Shown: piece after piece, positions 27,812 through 41,922 of the stretch | How the letters are laid out: the number at the start of each line of letters is the position of its first letter | Numbering within the stretch: position 1 is the stretch's first letter | DNA from: the human T2T-CHM13v2.0 reference genome, Homo sapiens | NCBI RefSeq assembly: GCF_009914755.1 | Contig: NC_060928.1 | Direction: 5' to 3' (one strand) | Length of the DNA stretch: 64,000 bases | The notes under the pieces: generated by a model | What the model was told of the DNA's origin: nothing | Database searches by the model: none | The model's input: only the letters and a program-made list of their open reading frames with translations | Program-made: the position numbers and the translations under genes

Positions 27812-28227
27812 GGCATTTCTCCATCAGCCAGGAAGGACATTGGTGTTGAGGACAATAACTACCACGGCTTCCAGTGTTTTGAAGAAATTTCAGATGCATA
27901 GCCTTTTGGCCAGGTGTCTGTGATTTCATATTGTCAGAGCATTTCTTGTAATGCTGGGGGTTGCAGCTCTCTTAAAGTTTACATTGCTGAACCAAGAAAG
28001 CAGATATATGTAGATTTCTACAGAAACTATGATTCCATGAAAGATTTTGAGGAGGTGAAGAGGGCTGGTACCTTTCAGAGTGCAAAGTGATTTTGGAATG
28101 TTAAGAATGTTTTGGGATTGAGTTCCTCAGAAGTTTGTCACTGACCTATGTTCCTGAACTATGAAACATGAATATGTGGGCTAAGGAATCATTTGTACTG
28201 ATAAATAAACAATTAAAAATTTAAAAA
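27812..28227 (+). pseudogene. Processed pseudogene of COX6C (cytochrome c oxidase subunit 6C)
   Basis: 27864-28090 translates (ACG)[34 protein letters not shown]..[1-nt frameshift]..[34 protein letters not shown]. Intronless; start lost (ATG>ACG); TGA at 27921; AATAAA at 28204; A-rich tail; TSD AAGAAACTG at 27803-27811 and 28228-28236. Confidence 0.9.
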
Positions 28228-29751
28228 AAGAAACTGAGGAAACTGGGTTAACTCAACAATTGTCATCCTTGTTATCATCTGTGTAATGCAGCTAATTATA
28301 GTACTCATTCATAAAGTTGTTGGGAGGATTAAAATGATACAATATATGACAAGTACTCAACGTTAGTTGTTATTGAGGGTGTTGTTATTTTAATCAGGAT
28401 GGACAAAATTCTAGATAAAGAGTAGAAGATATGCGTTTTCATGCTGTTATAATCAGCCAACTATAAATTCTCTTCCTTCAGTTCTTTTTTTCTAGAGAAT
28501 GAAGACAATATTCCTTTCTAGTTGCCTCCTTCACAGAAAAAATTCACCAGAATGGATTATGTTCTCAGCACCGTCAAAGCCTTGTAGAAACACAAGAAGA
28601 TCCTGCAACCATTTTTCTCTTCCAGTCTTTCTCCTTGCCATTCTGAGCAGAGCCATATTGCAGTGCAGTGGAAAGGGTATATGAATGGTCATTCATTCAG
28701 ACTTACATGGCTGTCTGGCAATTTAAGAGTTCAATGGCTGAACTGGAAAGAACAGCCAGCATGATTTTATTGTTTTCTGAGAATCAAATGAATAGTTCAC
28801 ACTATCTATGCACCTATCATCTAAGGAACAGACAGGTTATTTTGCTGAGGATGAGCATAGTCACTAGCCTGTAAGAGGTTTCTCCACAAGAATATGCTTC
28901 CTCAAAATGTACTTGCAAGGCTGTTGAGGCTACTACTCACCTTAGACATGATCCCACTTTGGCTCAAAGATCCCACTCTGCCAGTGGTTCTGTTAGGTCT
29001 CTATAACTTCATTTCTATAGCAGCCCTCCTGCCACCCGGCTGCCAACTGTGAGGACCTGTTGTTCAAGGGCGTATCACTTGAGCAGGTGAGCATTCTTAT
29101 TAGTATCACAGAGCAGCTATCATTCACAATTACAGCATGAATGTTGACTAAATCAGAGACCATTCAAACCCACCTACACCCTGTGACATCAGCATGTGGT
29201 TCTATTCTGCCCTGCCTGATTTTAGATGCTTTAGGAATGATGTAACTTGGCAAAGAAATCCTAAGTCAAAATTTTTTTGATGATAATCTCAGATCAACTG
29301 AGAATGATGCCAATCAACCCATGAATGTAATGTGTCTCACATGTGGGATTCTATAATTAGTGCTTACTAATAGAGGTTTCTTCAAGTTACTGAAATGAGT
29401 TTACAAACTTTAGGTAGCTCAGGACCCTACCCTCATGTATATGTGAGATTTCATTTTTATAAATGCCACTGTCAAAGGGTCAGATGTTGCTTTTTATTCT
29501 CGTTGCTAGGATGGTCAAAATCAACATTTTGATGGTTGTGTTGAACAGAGCAGTCCAGTCAGATTTAATCCAGTCATATTAGGATCATGCCATTAGAGAA
29601 CAGTTCCACAATCTTTTCTAATTCCTCTTTTGTTTCTGGATCATAATTAAAATAATATAGGAACAACCTTATTAATAAAGCTTGAATTAGTTTGTCTGTA
29701 TTGAGCTGGCCTTTCATTTTTCTGTCATACAACCTTAAAAGATCTCTCATG

Positions 29752-30056
29752 ATTTATTTATTTATTTATTGTTTTGAGACAGAGTCTGTCTCTGTCCCCA
29801 GGGCTGGAGTGCAGTGACACGATCTTGGCTTACTGCAACCTCCGCCTCCTGGGTTCAAGCGATTATCTGGCCTCAGCCTCCCAAGTAGCTGGGATTACAG
29901 GCATGCACTACCACACCCCGTTAATTTTGTATTTTTAGTAGAGATGGGGTTTCGCCATGTTGGCCAGGCTGGTCTCAAACTCCTGACCTCAAGTGATCTG
30001 CCCACCTTGGCCTCCCAAAGTGCTGGGATTACATAAGTGAGCCACCGTTCCCGGCC
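29752..30056 (-). mobile_element. Alu (AluS-like)
   Basis: Full reverse Alu; TSD TCTCxxATGATTT. Confidence 0.93.
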
Positions 30057-30176
30057 TCTCTTATGATTTGTTAACTATTATCTTTATGTTTTCCTACATG
30101 ACATTAAATTATACAATCTTTGAAATTTTACTATATACTTTCTTTTCCATGTTAGTGTTAAAACTTCCCCTTACAG

Positions 30177-30527
<351 letters not shown>

Positions 30528-31356
30528 CTAAAGTCTGAAACCACAAAACTCCTAGAACAAAAAATAGGGGAAAATTTCCTTGACGTTGTTATTGGCAATG
30601 ATTTTTTTTGGATGTGATACCAAAAGTACAGGCAATAGAAACAAAAATAAAGAAGTAGTACACTGCATCAAATCAAAAAGCTTCTGCACAGCAAAGAAAA
30701 CAAGCAACAAATGAAAAGAAAACCCACAGAATAGAAGAAAATATTTAGAAACCACGTATCAGAGAAGGGGTTAGTATTTAATATAGAAAAAGAAGTCATA
30801 CAACTCAATAGTGAAAGACAAAAAACCTGATTTAAAGATAGGCAAAGGACCAGAATAGACATTTTTTCAAAGAAGATGTACCAATGTCCAGCAGGTATAT
30901 AAAAGGTCCTCAGCATTACTAATCATCAGGTAAGTGCAAATCAAAACCACAATGGGATATCACTTCACACCTGTTAGAATGGCAATTATTAATATTTTCA
31001 TCCCTGAGAGGTCTCAGAAATAAAAAAAAACAAATTAAAAAATAAAAATTTTTTAAAATAGAATGGCTATTATCCAAAAGATAAAAGATGAGTGTCTGCA
31101 AGGGTATGGAGAAAGGGAACCCTTATACACTGTTGGAGGAAATGTAACTTGGTATAGCCATTATGAAAAACAGTACGGCAGTTCCTCAAAAAATTAAAAA
31201 TAGAACTCCTATATGATCCAGCAATCCCACTTCTGGGTATGTAGTCAAACAAAATGAAATCGGTATCTCAAAGAGATATCTGCATTCTCATGTTTATTGC
31301 ATGTTATGATATCAACTTAAGTATTCATCCACAGTTAATGGATAAAGAAAATTTGG

Positions 31357-31457
31357 TATATATATATACATATATATATGTGTATATATGTGTATATGTA
31401 TGTGTATATATATATGTGTATATATGTGTGTATATATATGTGTATATATATATATAT
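31357..31457. repeat. (TA)/(TG) compound microsatellite
   Basis: Directly visible. Confidence 0.9.
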
Positions 31458-31680
31458 TCAGCCATTAAAAAAAAGAAAATTCTACCATTTGTGACAATGA
31501 GGACATTATGCTAAGTGAAATAAGACAGACAAAGAAAGACAAATGCTATATAATCTCACTTATAGGTGGAATCTAAAAAAATTGAACTCACAGAGGCAGA
31601 AAGTAGAATAGTGGTTTCCAGGAGCTGAGGCAGGGGTTTGGGGTGCAGGGTAAGGGGAAGAGATGGGAAGATGTTGGTTA

Positions 31681-32013
<333 letters not shown>

Positions 32014-32174
32014 GTACTGGGGTCTCTAATGTACAGCATGGTGACAATGGTTAATACTGCATTGTATACTTGAAATTTACTGTGAGAGTAGATCTTAAGT
32101 ATTCTCACCACACATGGTAACTATGTCAGATAATGGATGTGCTAATTAGCTTGATTGTGGTAATCATTTCACAA

Positions 32175-32232
<58 letters not shown>
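32175..32232. repeat. (TG)n(TA)n microsatellite
   Basis: Directly visible. Confidence 0.95.
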
Positions 32233-32236
<4 letters not shown>

Positions 32237-32404
32237 CATCACACATATACCTTAAATATATACAATTTTTATTTGTCAATTAAATATATACAAATTTTAT
32301 TTGATTAATATCTCAAAAAGCTGGGGAAAAAAAAGACTTAGGTCTGAATCCAGATTCCACTGCCTATAAATTAAGACCTTGGGCAAATTAGTCCTTTATT
32401 TGTT

Positions 32405-32536
32405 TCTTTTCTTTTTTCAGAGACAGGGTCTCACTATGTTACCCAGGCTGGCCTTGAACTCCTGAGCTGAAGGGATCCTCCTGCCTTAGCCTCCCAAGTA
32501 GCTAGGACTACAGGCACACACCACTGTGCCTGGCTT
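32405..32536 (-). mobile_element. Alu monomer (FLAM-like)
   Basis: GAGACAGGGTCTCACTATGTTACCCAGGCTGG...CCACTGTGCCTGGC. Confidence 0.8.
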
Positions 32537-32934
32537 CAAATTACTTCTTTGAATCTTTGTTTTCTAGTCTATAAGATGGGCATGATACCCTTCTTAATCT
32601 TTATTGTGATAGTTAAATGTAATAACATTACAAAATGCTTAGTAGAGTGTCTGGCATGGCAGACACTTGATGAATGATACTTATTATCGCTATTATTCTC
32701 ATCATCTAAGATACTTCAATTTGATGTAGTCAAATATTCTATTCTACTTATCTACCTCTCTAAGTGAGGGCTACTCTGTAACATACTGCTATGGAAAGAT
32801 CAGGAATCTGCCCTAGACATGTATAAATAAGTACTTTATGCCCAAATGAGTATAAATTTTACCTCTGGTATAATTTCTATGGGGAGATAAAACTTTAATT
32901 GCCATATAGGAAACCACTGGTGAATTTGGGATGA

Positions 32935-33150
<216 letters not shown>

Positions 33151-34211
33151 TAGTTTTGAATAGCAATTTAAAGATGAAAAATAGATGATAGAGGTGGAGA
33201 AAGGTGTCAATGGGAAACCCCACATATGGTAAGATAACTATGTGTGCCATGGACCACAAACAGGCTAGCCTGGTCGAAGCAAAAAGGTTGATCCCGAACA
33301 TAATGGGATGAGGGCATTAGATAGGTAAGGAAGTGACTGATGGAAAATCAAGAGTGATAGCTGATGATGAATGGTGATACTGTATATGATTTTGTGCATT
33401 GATATACCATTTTTCCTTTCTTTTTCCATCTACATGGATCTCAAAAATGAGCAATCTTCTCTCTGGAGGTGGATAAGACAGAACATTTTGCAAGCCCTTT
33501 AAGTCCTTCAGGAAACACAAACATCCTGTGATCTGTCACTCAGGATTCTGACTCAGACTGGGAATCTGAGCAATGCTCATGGCAATAAGCCAGGACCAGG
33601 CCCTAAACATCTGGCTGCTCCACTGTATGGATCTTTGGCATGTTAAATGTCAACAGACCTTGTGGATATAAAGTTGACTCAGTCAGAAAACATCTACGGT
33701 CTACATGGAAAAGAAAGTCTTTTGGAAAGAAAAGAAGGCAGGGTGTCTGAACCCTCCATCAGGATTTCCCTACTCCACTCTATTTCTATTAGATGAGAGG
33801 GATGAGGAAAGAGTACTCAGCCACCTTTTCAAGTCATCTGGTGGTCAGGGCTATTTGTAACTCTAATCTCATATTCATACCAGTCGTTTCTAAATCCAAT
33901 CCCATATTTACACCAACCTGTCTTACAACCTTAATTTGGTTTCCCAGGTGTATTCCAGTTCCACTGTCAAATAGTAAGTACTGGATTATCCCTAGATAGA
34001 CTCACCAAAAGATTATACAAGTCCATAGAGGAGGGAAGTGAGACTGTAGAAGAGACTCAGCATCCAACAAATATATCACATAATATATTCAAACTACTCT
34101 AAGTACTACACCAAAACAATGACTTTCCTGACCACCATCCTAACCATGACACCAACCCTGGGTAATTTCATCTCATCATATTGCTTCAAATATTATATAT
34201 GCTTTAAATAA

Positions 34212-34792
<581 letters not shown>

Positions 34793-35903
34793 TGAGCTAG
34801 AAACCCAAGTCCCCACTGACCCATTTGTCTTTCTGTACCCCTGTCCTATCTAATTAGTAACCAAGGCTCATTGGTGCTACCTTCCAAATTACTCTTGAAT
34901 TTATTCTCTCCTCTCCATTCCCACCACTACTGATTAATGTGACACTTATCATTTCAAGTCTGGACTTTGGTACTGGACACTAACTGTCTCTGGTTTCTCT
35001 CTCTTCCAATCCCATCCTTTACAATGATTACAATATAATCATTTCAATTTTCTGCTTAGCATCCTTCAAAGACCATTCATCTTACTACAGAGGCCTTCAT
35101 ACTTCTTCACCTGCCACTCACACTCTTTGCTTTCTGCCACTAAGCAGCCCTTCCTGCTTCTGTCTCCTGCATGCAGCTTAATGCATATCCATCCTCTGGG
35201 CCTGTGCTCACTCTTGAAACTTTGGCCTAGAAGTCTCTTCTCCTGCTGTTGTTTTTACTCTGAGCATCTCCTAGAAATAGTTCAAGCCTCAGTCTCAGAG
35301 TCCATGATGCCAGCAGGAAGAAAGAACAGATCTCTCCTCCATGGTTCCACAGTTGTTGCATGCCACTATCACACACTTACTTGAATTCATTGATGGCTAT
35401 GGTTAGGTGAGCCACTGTGCCCAGCCCGGGGTCTAGTCATCTTTGTAGCCCTAGTACCTAACATATGTAGGCACTCAGTAAATAATGGTGAATTAAACTA
35501 AATTGAATTTTAATAGCAACTGTCTCCTATTTCCAGAAGTTCCTCTAACAATATGATGCAGGCCTTATATTTAAAAGTAGCCATTATTCTGATAAGTTTT
35601 ATATTTTGTTGACAGCTAAGTACACTAAGAGTCCTGTCTGGATAAGGGTCATTCTTTGGCCAATTTAAATGGAATTGTGATTATATTAGGCCCATATTGT
35701 TTGGAATCTAACTAACTTGTCTGATCTCAGAAAAATTACAAAAAAAAAAGAAAACACAGGTAAAAACCCCTCTCAAGGACAGCAATGACATAGTTAACTT
35801 TGGCTACCAATGCACCTTCTACATTCATAATTATTGTCACTGATGCTTTAGAGCACCCAGAATAGTGAAATAGTGTATAACTGAGACCTATTAAATTCTA
35901 ACA

Positions 35904-36227
35904 GGCTAAGCACAGTGGCTTACACCTGTAATCCCAGTACGTTGGGAGGCCAGGGCAGACAGGTCACTTGAGGCCAGGAGTTTGAGACCAACCTGGCCAA
36001 CATGGTAAAACCCCAGAAAGCAAAAAATTAGAGTATACTCAAAAAAGTATAAAAAATTAGTCAGGCGTGGTGGTGTATACCTGCAATCTCAGCTACTCGG
36101 GAGGCTGACACATGAGAACCACTTGAACTCAGGAGGCGAAGGTTGCAATGAGCCAAGGTTTCACCACTAAACTCCAGCCTGGGAGACACAGCCTTGCTCT
36201 GTCTCAAAAAAAAAAAAAAAAAAAAAA
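35904..36227 (+). mobile_element. Alu (diverged)
   Basis: Dimeric Alu with an expanded linker and a poly-A tail. Confidence 0.88.
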
Positions 36228-37372
36228 TCAAACAGGTAGCATAGAGACAAAATCTGTGAAAAGCTAAACACTGAATTGATATAAATAAAGTGTTCTACTC
36301 CTTATCTCAAAATGTTAAAGTGCTATATTTTCCCCACTCACATAAAAAAGTAACAATTTATGTCATTCAAATGATAAAGAAATAACTCATTTATTTTATT
36401 AAATATGAATGTCCTTAAGGAACAAGTATTATCTTTAAAAACCTGTTCAGAATTGGTAATTTTATATTTACATCTATCTTCTGAATTATATTACCTTTTT
36501 ACCACTTTTGTAGGTTACTATGATAAATTCTTGCCTTAACAACAGCTATTGATTTTAATTATTGAGATACCAATGATCTCGTAGGGGGATGCCAATTATT
36601 ACGAAGTATCTGTGGAAGACAATGGTGCTGTGTATGCATACAGAATTAGGGACACTGTCTTGCTCAATCAATTTTCAGTCAATGAGCTCATCAGCTAAAT
36701 CTGATGGACTGACAGAGAATCCAAACAGAGTAATACAATGACTAAGACAGTAGTTGGTTTGCCCAGAGCAGTCAGATGAGGAAGGGCATCGAGCCAAGTC
36801 CAGAGACTCAGGGCAGACTCCAAATGAGCTCTAGCTAACAACAAGACAATATCTCTTGTTTTCAACCCTGTGTAAATTATAAAAACAAGAGGATGTGGCC
36901 ATTATGGTGTGTTTCCCAAAAACTGTTCATGTAGCTGTGATGTGAGCAGCTAAAGAATTCCACAGGCCGACAGTGGAGGGAGAACCTTAGCCCTAATCTC
37001 AGGGCCACTGGATTTAGAAGCATCCACAGTAAATCCAGTAACTTATTAGTTTTCCTCATTTAGCCAGGAGGTCTGGAAAGGGAACTTGTCTCCCACCAAA
37101 AACAAAATGATACTTTGATTGCAAGTCTAAATCCAGGATCTGATTTTGGCAAGTCGTTTAACCTCTCAATATCTTATTGTGGAAATAACAGTTAAAAAAA
37201 AAACAAAAAGTCCTATCTAGCTTAAATAATTGTGCTAACCCAAGGACATAACTGGTTAGAGTCTTTATAAACTGCAGTCCTGTATACAGGTAAAATAGAA
37301 TGGTGAGGAAGCATCCACCTAGAACACTGACATTCTTCTTTCAATCCTTCATAAATTATTGAGCATCTCCTC

Positions 37373-37723
37373 TGCCAGGTTCTGCTTTATATGCTTAGGA
37401 AAGCATGTAAACAAGATAGCTTAGATCTCATTCATTTTGAAGCTTCCACTAGGCCTTTGATTCATGTGCAACCAGCTTGCAAAATGCTGGTCATACACAA
37501 GTTTTGGGCTCTGCCCTCAAGCAGAGGGGCATGGAGAAGATTATGAGACAGATGATGATAGTAATAAGATGATGCATTGAAATCAGTGCAAATCCATTTC
37601 ATCTCCATCCCAACCTCACCCTTTTACTGCACCATTGAGTTTGGGGTTTGGTTTAGGAGGTCCTGGATGTAAATTCACCCTCTCTTTGAAATAATAATGG
37701 CCCTCTTCTCATAGGGTGGTTGT
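37373..37723 (+). repeat. Left arm of a ~350-bp inverted duplication (partner 41923-42276)
   Basis: Aligns by eye to the reverse complement of 41923-42276, including an exact 37-mer (37571-37607 vs 42046-42082). Confidence 0.92.
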
Positions 37724-37930
37724 TCTCAATGAACCCAGTAGACATAAATATCCTGCAGGAGCTTCCATTCTAGCAGGGAGATTCAGACGATAAACATAAA
37801 CAGAAGATATTATGTAGCATATAGTTGGAAAGTGATGACTGCTATGGGAGAAAAAAATAGAGCATGGAAAAGGGATTGGGAGTGCAGAAGGCACAGTAGC
37901 AGCTTTGATATTTTAAAAAGAGTGAGAAAG

Positions 37931-39701
37931 CGGCAGCTAGAAAGATCTGGATTCTCATTTCAGGTCACCATTCAGAAAAGCTAAGTTTGCTGTACAGTAA
38001 GGCTCAGGAGATCTGATCCTGATTGTAGAAACCTCTGATTACAGAATCTTGGATTGTATCTCCCACTGTATCCTCCTAGACCATCCTGCAAGATCTATAA
38101 GAGTCCTTTTGGGAAATCCCTAGGAGTTCTTGGAAAGAAGAAAGATTGTTGGTTGGAATAAAAAGGGTTGAATGAGTTCCAGAAAGCCGGGTTCTCAATC
38201 TCATGGACAACAATCTGCAGAAGAAGACAACTTCAAAAAACCAACTAGAAGCAACATGCAGAGATGAGAGGGGCCTCCTCAGGAAAGAAGGCAGCTGGTC
38301 CACAGCAGAAAAATCTTGAACCACCTCTCTCAGGAAGATGTGGGGTCGCTCTGCAGAGAACTTCTTAGCTTCAGGATCCGTGAGGAAGACCAGAAAGAAC
38401 AAACAGAGGACTCCTGGAAACAGATATGGGGGCAGTACCAGCAAAGCACCTCAGACCCCAGGGAAGGAAAGAGCCTGGGCAGACCTCACTGTTGAAAGCG
38501 AGGACGCATTTAAGAACAGAATGGAAGTTAAAGTGAAGATGCCTGAAGAATCGAAACCATGGCTTGCTGGGGACTGGAACTTAGTTACCAAGCAGAAGCA
38601 GCTGTTTTAACTCCCTGCTAAGCAAAATGTAGATGCAATTCTAAAGGAGTATGCAAATTGTAAAACATCGCAGGGAAACGTCGATAATAAGGCATAGGCA
38701 GTTAATGAAATTGTGACAAGAATAAAAGAATATTTCGACGTGATGTTAGGCACTCAGCTGCTCTACAAATTTGAGAGGCCCCTGTATGCAGAAATCCTCT
38801 TGGCTCACCCTGATGCTCCTGTGTCCCAGGTTTAAGGGGCACACACCTACTGAGGTTATTTGTAAGAATAGGAGAAATGTTGGCCTATATATCCCTTGAT
38901 GAGAAGAGCCTTGCGTTATTGTTGGGCCATTTGCATGATTTCCTAAAATATCTGGCAAAGAATTCTGCATCTCTTTTTACTGGCGGTGATTACAAAGTAG
39001 CTTCTGCTAAGTACCACCACAAAGCCCTGTGCTGGTCTACAGACCATTCACTGTTATTTCCCTGAGATCTGGAAACACTTTTTGTTCTTAGTCTTTTTCT
39101 TGTAAAATGGATATTCTTTAACATTGTTAATGTAAAACAGGGCTTATGTTTCAGTTTGTTTTCTGTTCTGTTTTAAACAGAAAATAAAAGGAGTGTAAGC
39201 TCCTTTTCTCATTTCAAAGTTGCTACCAGGGTATGCAGTAATTAGAACAAAGAAGAAATATTCAGTGGAACATTTTATTGCCTAGTTGACAACATTGCTT
39301 GAATGCTGGTGGTTCTACCCCTTTGACACTACACAATTTTCTAATATGTGTTAATGCTACATGACAAAATGCCCTGACTCCTAGTGCCAAACATTCAATT
39401 TGATATATATACCCAAAAACCCATGCATTTGTTCTCTTTTTTTTAATGATGCTTGAAGTAAAACAGCCCATCCTCTGCAAATCCGTCTATGTTGTTCCTT
39501 AGGCATTCTGTCTTTGCGCAAATTGTTGAAGGGTGGTCGTTTGTTTCATGGTTTTTGCATTTGAGTCTAATGCATGTTGTAACGTGATAGAGGCAATGCA
39601 TTATTGTGTAAGCCACAGTTTTCTGAAAAAGTTGATATTTTAGGAATTACATTTCAGATCTTAAATAAAATTTGTTTCTAAATTTCAAAGCAAAAAAGAA
39701 A
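37931..39701 (+). pseudogene. MORF4L2P1: Processed pseudogene of MORF4L2 (MRGX)
   Basis: ATG at 38172 reads MSSRK..., followed by MRG-domain homology (FKNRMEVKVK.PEE.KPWL..DW.LVT.QKQLF; LGTQLLYKFERP; DFLKYLAKNSASLFT) to ~39030. Stops at 38608, 38695 and 38833 plus frameshifts. UTRs retained; AATAAA at 39664; A-tail; degenerate TSD at 37915-37930 and 39702-39717. The symbol is assigned from recalled locus annotation. Confidence 0.93.
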
Positions 39702-39717
39702 AAAGACAGTAAGAAAG

Positions 39718-40210
39718 TGTCTTTGGAGGAAAGACCTAAAGGTGAGGAAGTAAGACGTGTGAGCTTGTAGGGGAAGAGTTCTCAACAGAGGGGAAGGCTA
39801 GAGAGGGCCAGACCAGCAAGGAAAACAGAGGGAGCAAGTAGGCCAGTGGTTGGAGTGGTCAGAGACAGCCATGGTGGCATCATGGAGGGCCTTTTGTTCT
39901 TGGTCTGACCTGATCAGACTTCTATTTCAAAACGATCCTTCTGGCTGCTCTGTTGAGAACAGATTGTAGAGGCAAGTATAGGAAGAATGAACCCAGTCAT
40001 CCCTATGCAGTGGTGATGGCTTGGACCCGTGCGATAGTAGTTGGAGTGTTAAGAAGTGGTCAGTTTCCAGTTACATTTGAAGTTAAAGCCTTCAGGACTT
40101 CATGATGGGTTAAATGTACAGGATTAGAGAAAGAGCAAGAGAGGAGTCACAGAAGATTCAAAGGATTTGGGCAAGAGCCACCAGAAGATGGAGGTGCCAG
40201 CAACAGAGAC
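39718..40210 (-). mobile_element. L2 fragment (continuation of the L2 at ~37725-37930, split by the retrocopy)
   Basis: GACCTAAAGG...GATCCTTCTGGCTGCTCTGTTGAGAACAGATTGTAG...GAGGAGTCACAGAAGATTC, typical L2 reverse motifs. Confidence 0.6.
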
Positions 40211-41091
40211 CTGAGGGTAATGCAGGAACCTGGAACTCCTGTACCTTCTCTTCTCCTAGTTTCCAGGGCATCTTCCTGCAAGTGTATAAAACTGTAGGTA
40301 GAGGAACAAAGCTGATATGGTCCTATTTGGTGACTGTAGGAGAGACTGACCACTAAGACCATTTCATCCCTTGAGACCTCAGTCTCCCTACTTATAACAT
40401 GAGATAGGTCAGTTACATAAGGACAGAATTCCTTTCTTGCTGTTAAATTCAAGAACCTAGATCTGCAATCGGTTCTCCAATCTTTCAAGCCTTCTTTTTG
40501 ATTTTTTTTCCTTGGGAAAACATCTCAATAATGAAATCCAATCTTTAAAAATTTTGGTTTTAAACAAAATTATATTGTGATCAGCTTGAGCCTAGGAGTT
40601 CAAGGCTACAGTGAGCTATGATCCCACCACCACATTCCATATATATATATATATATATACACACACATATATAGTGATCAAAATATTTGATCAAAATATC
40701 AAAAAATGTTTTTAATAAGTCAGCTTCTCTAAAATAAAAATAAGTATGTCTTGCAATTGTTTATACAATACCTTGTTCCAGGGAGGTACATGGCTAATCA
40801 GGAAACATATTTCCTATGTTGTATTTAATCAGAAATTTTGCTCACAAGGTTAAATTACAGCATTCATTTTGTGCCACTGTGAAAATATTCCCTTCCATTT
40901 TAACAGGACTAAAAATGCTTCCAAAGCTGCCTAAAAGAATATTCAGCTCCTATAGGTTCTTGCTGCATTTTTATTTCCCTTGGTAACAGTACTTTTGATA
41001 ACATTGGTGGAAGAAAAGAAGTCATAGTAAAGGATGAAGATGGAGTATCTGATACTATAACACTAGCCTGATGCTAGAGGAGAATGTAATA

Positions 41092-41399
41092 CAGGCTGAA
41101 TATTGAAAATTTGCAACTTATTGAGCACCAACATGACATCACAAGTGGAAAATTCCACACAGAAGTACTTAAAACATATTGCTTCATGCAAAAAATCATT
41201 TAAAATATTGTATAAAAAACTTTTAGGCTATGTACACTGAATAAGCTGTATGTGAAATATAAATGAATTTTGTGTTTAGACTAGGGTCCTCTTCCAAGAT
41301 ATCTCATTATATACATGCAAATGTTCCAAAACCATAAAAAATCCAAAATCTTCAGACACATCTGGTCCCAAGCATTTCTAATGAAGGATACTCAATCTG
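41092..41399. mobile_element. Tigger4b/MER46-like DNA transposon
   Basis: TA|CAGGCTGAAT...CTGGTCCCAAGCATTTC...GGATACTCAATCTG|TA. Confidence 0.7.
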
Positions 41400-41419
41400 T
41401 ATAAATTATACACAATTTA

Positions 41420-41728
41420 ATTATTTTATTTTATATATATATATTTTTTAGATGAAGTTTTGCTCTATGGCCCAGGCTGAAGTGCAGTGGTGCAATCTCG
41501 GCTCACTGCAACCTCCACCTCTCAGGTTCAAGAATTCTCCTGTCTCAGCCTCCCAAGTAGCTGCGGCTACAGGCGTGTACCACCACGCTGGCTAATTTTT
41601 GTATTTTTAGTAGAGATGGGGTTTCACTATATTGGCCAGGCTGGTCTCGAACTTCTAGCCTCAAGTAATCTGCCTGCCTCGGCCTGCCAAAGTGCTAGGA
41701 TTATTGACATGAGCCACCACAACCGGCC
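41420..41728 (-). mobile_element. Alu (AluS-like)
   Basis: Full reverse Alu. Confidence 0.92.
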
Positions 41729-41922
41729 TAATTTAACCTAAATCCAGAAATAATCCCTTAAATTTTGTAGCTCACAAACGCATCCTCCCTCTTTCCCCAC
41801 AACATTCCATCAGACTCAGGGAACGTCATCACACATCAACGTCGTCATAGTTTGTATACTGAGTGCTAAGTATGTGCAAGGCGTTGTGCCAAGGGATGTC
41901 AGGCTTAACTCACTTAATGCTC

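Noticed and set aside
38338-39065. ORFs with MRG-domain similarity
   Set aside because: Fragments of the disabled MORF4L2 retrocopy separated by stops and frameshifts
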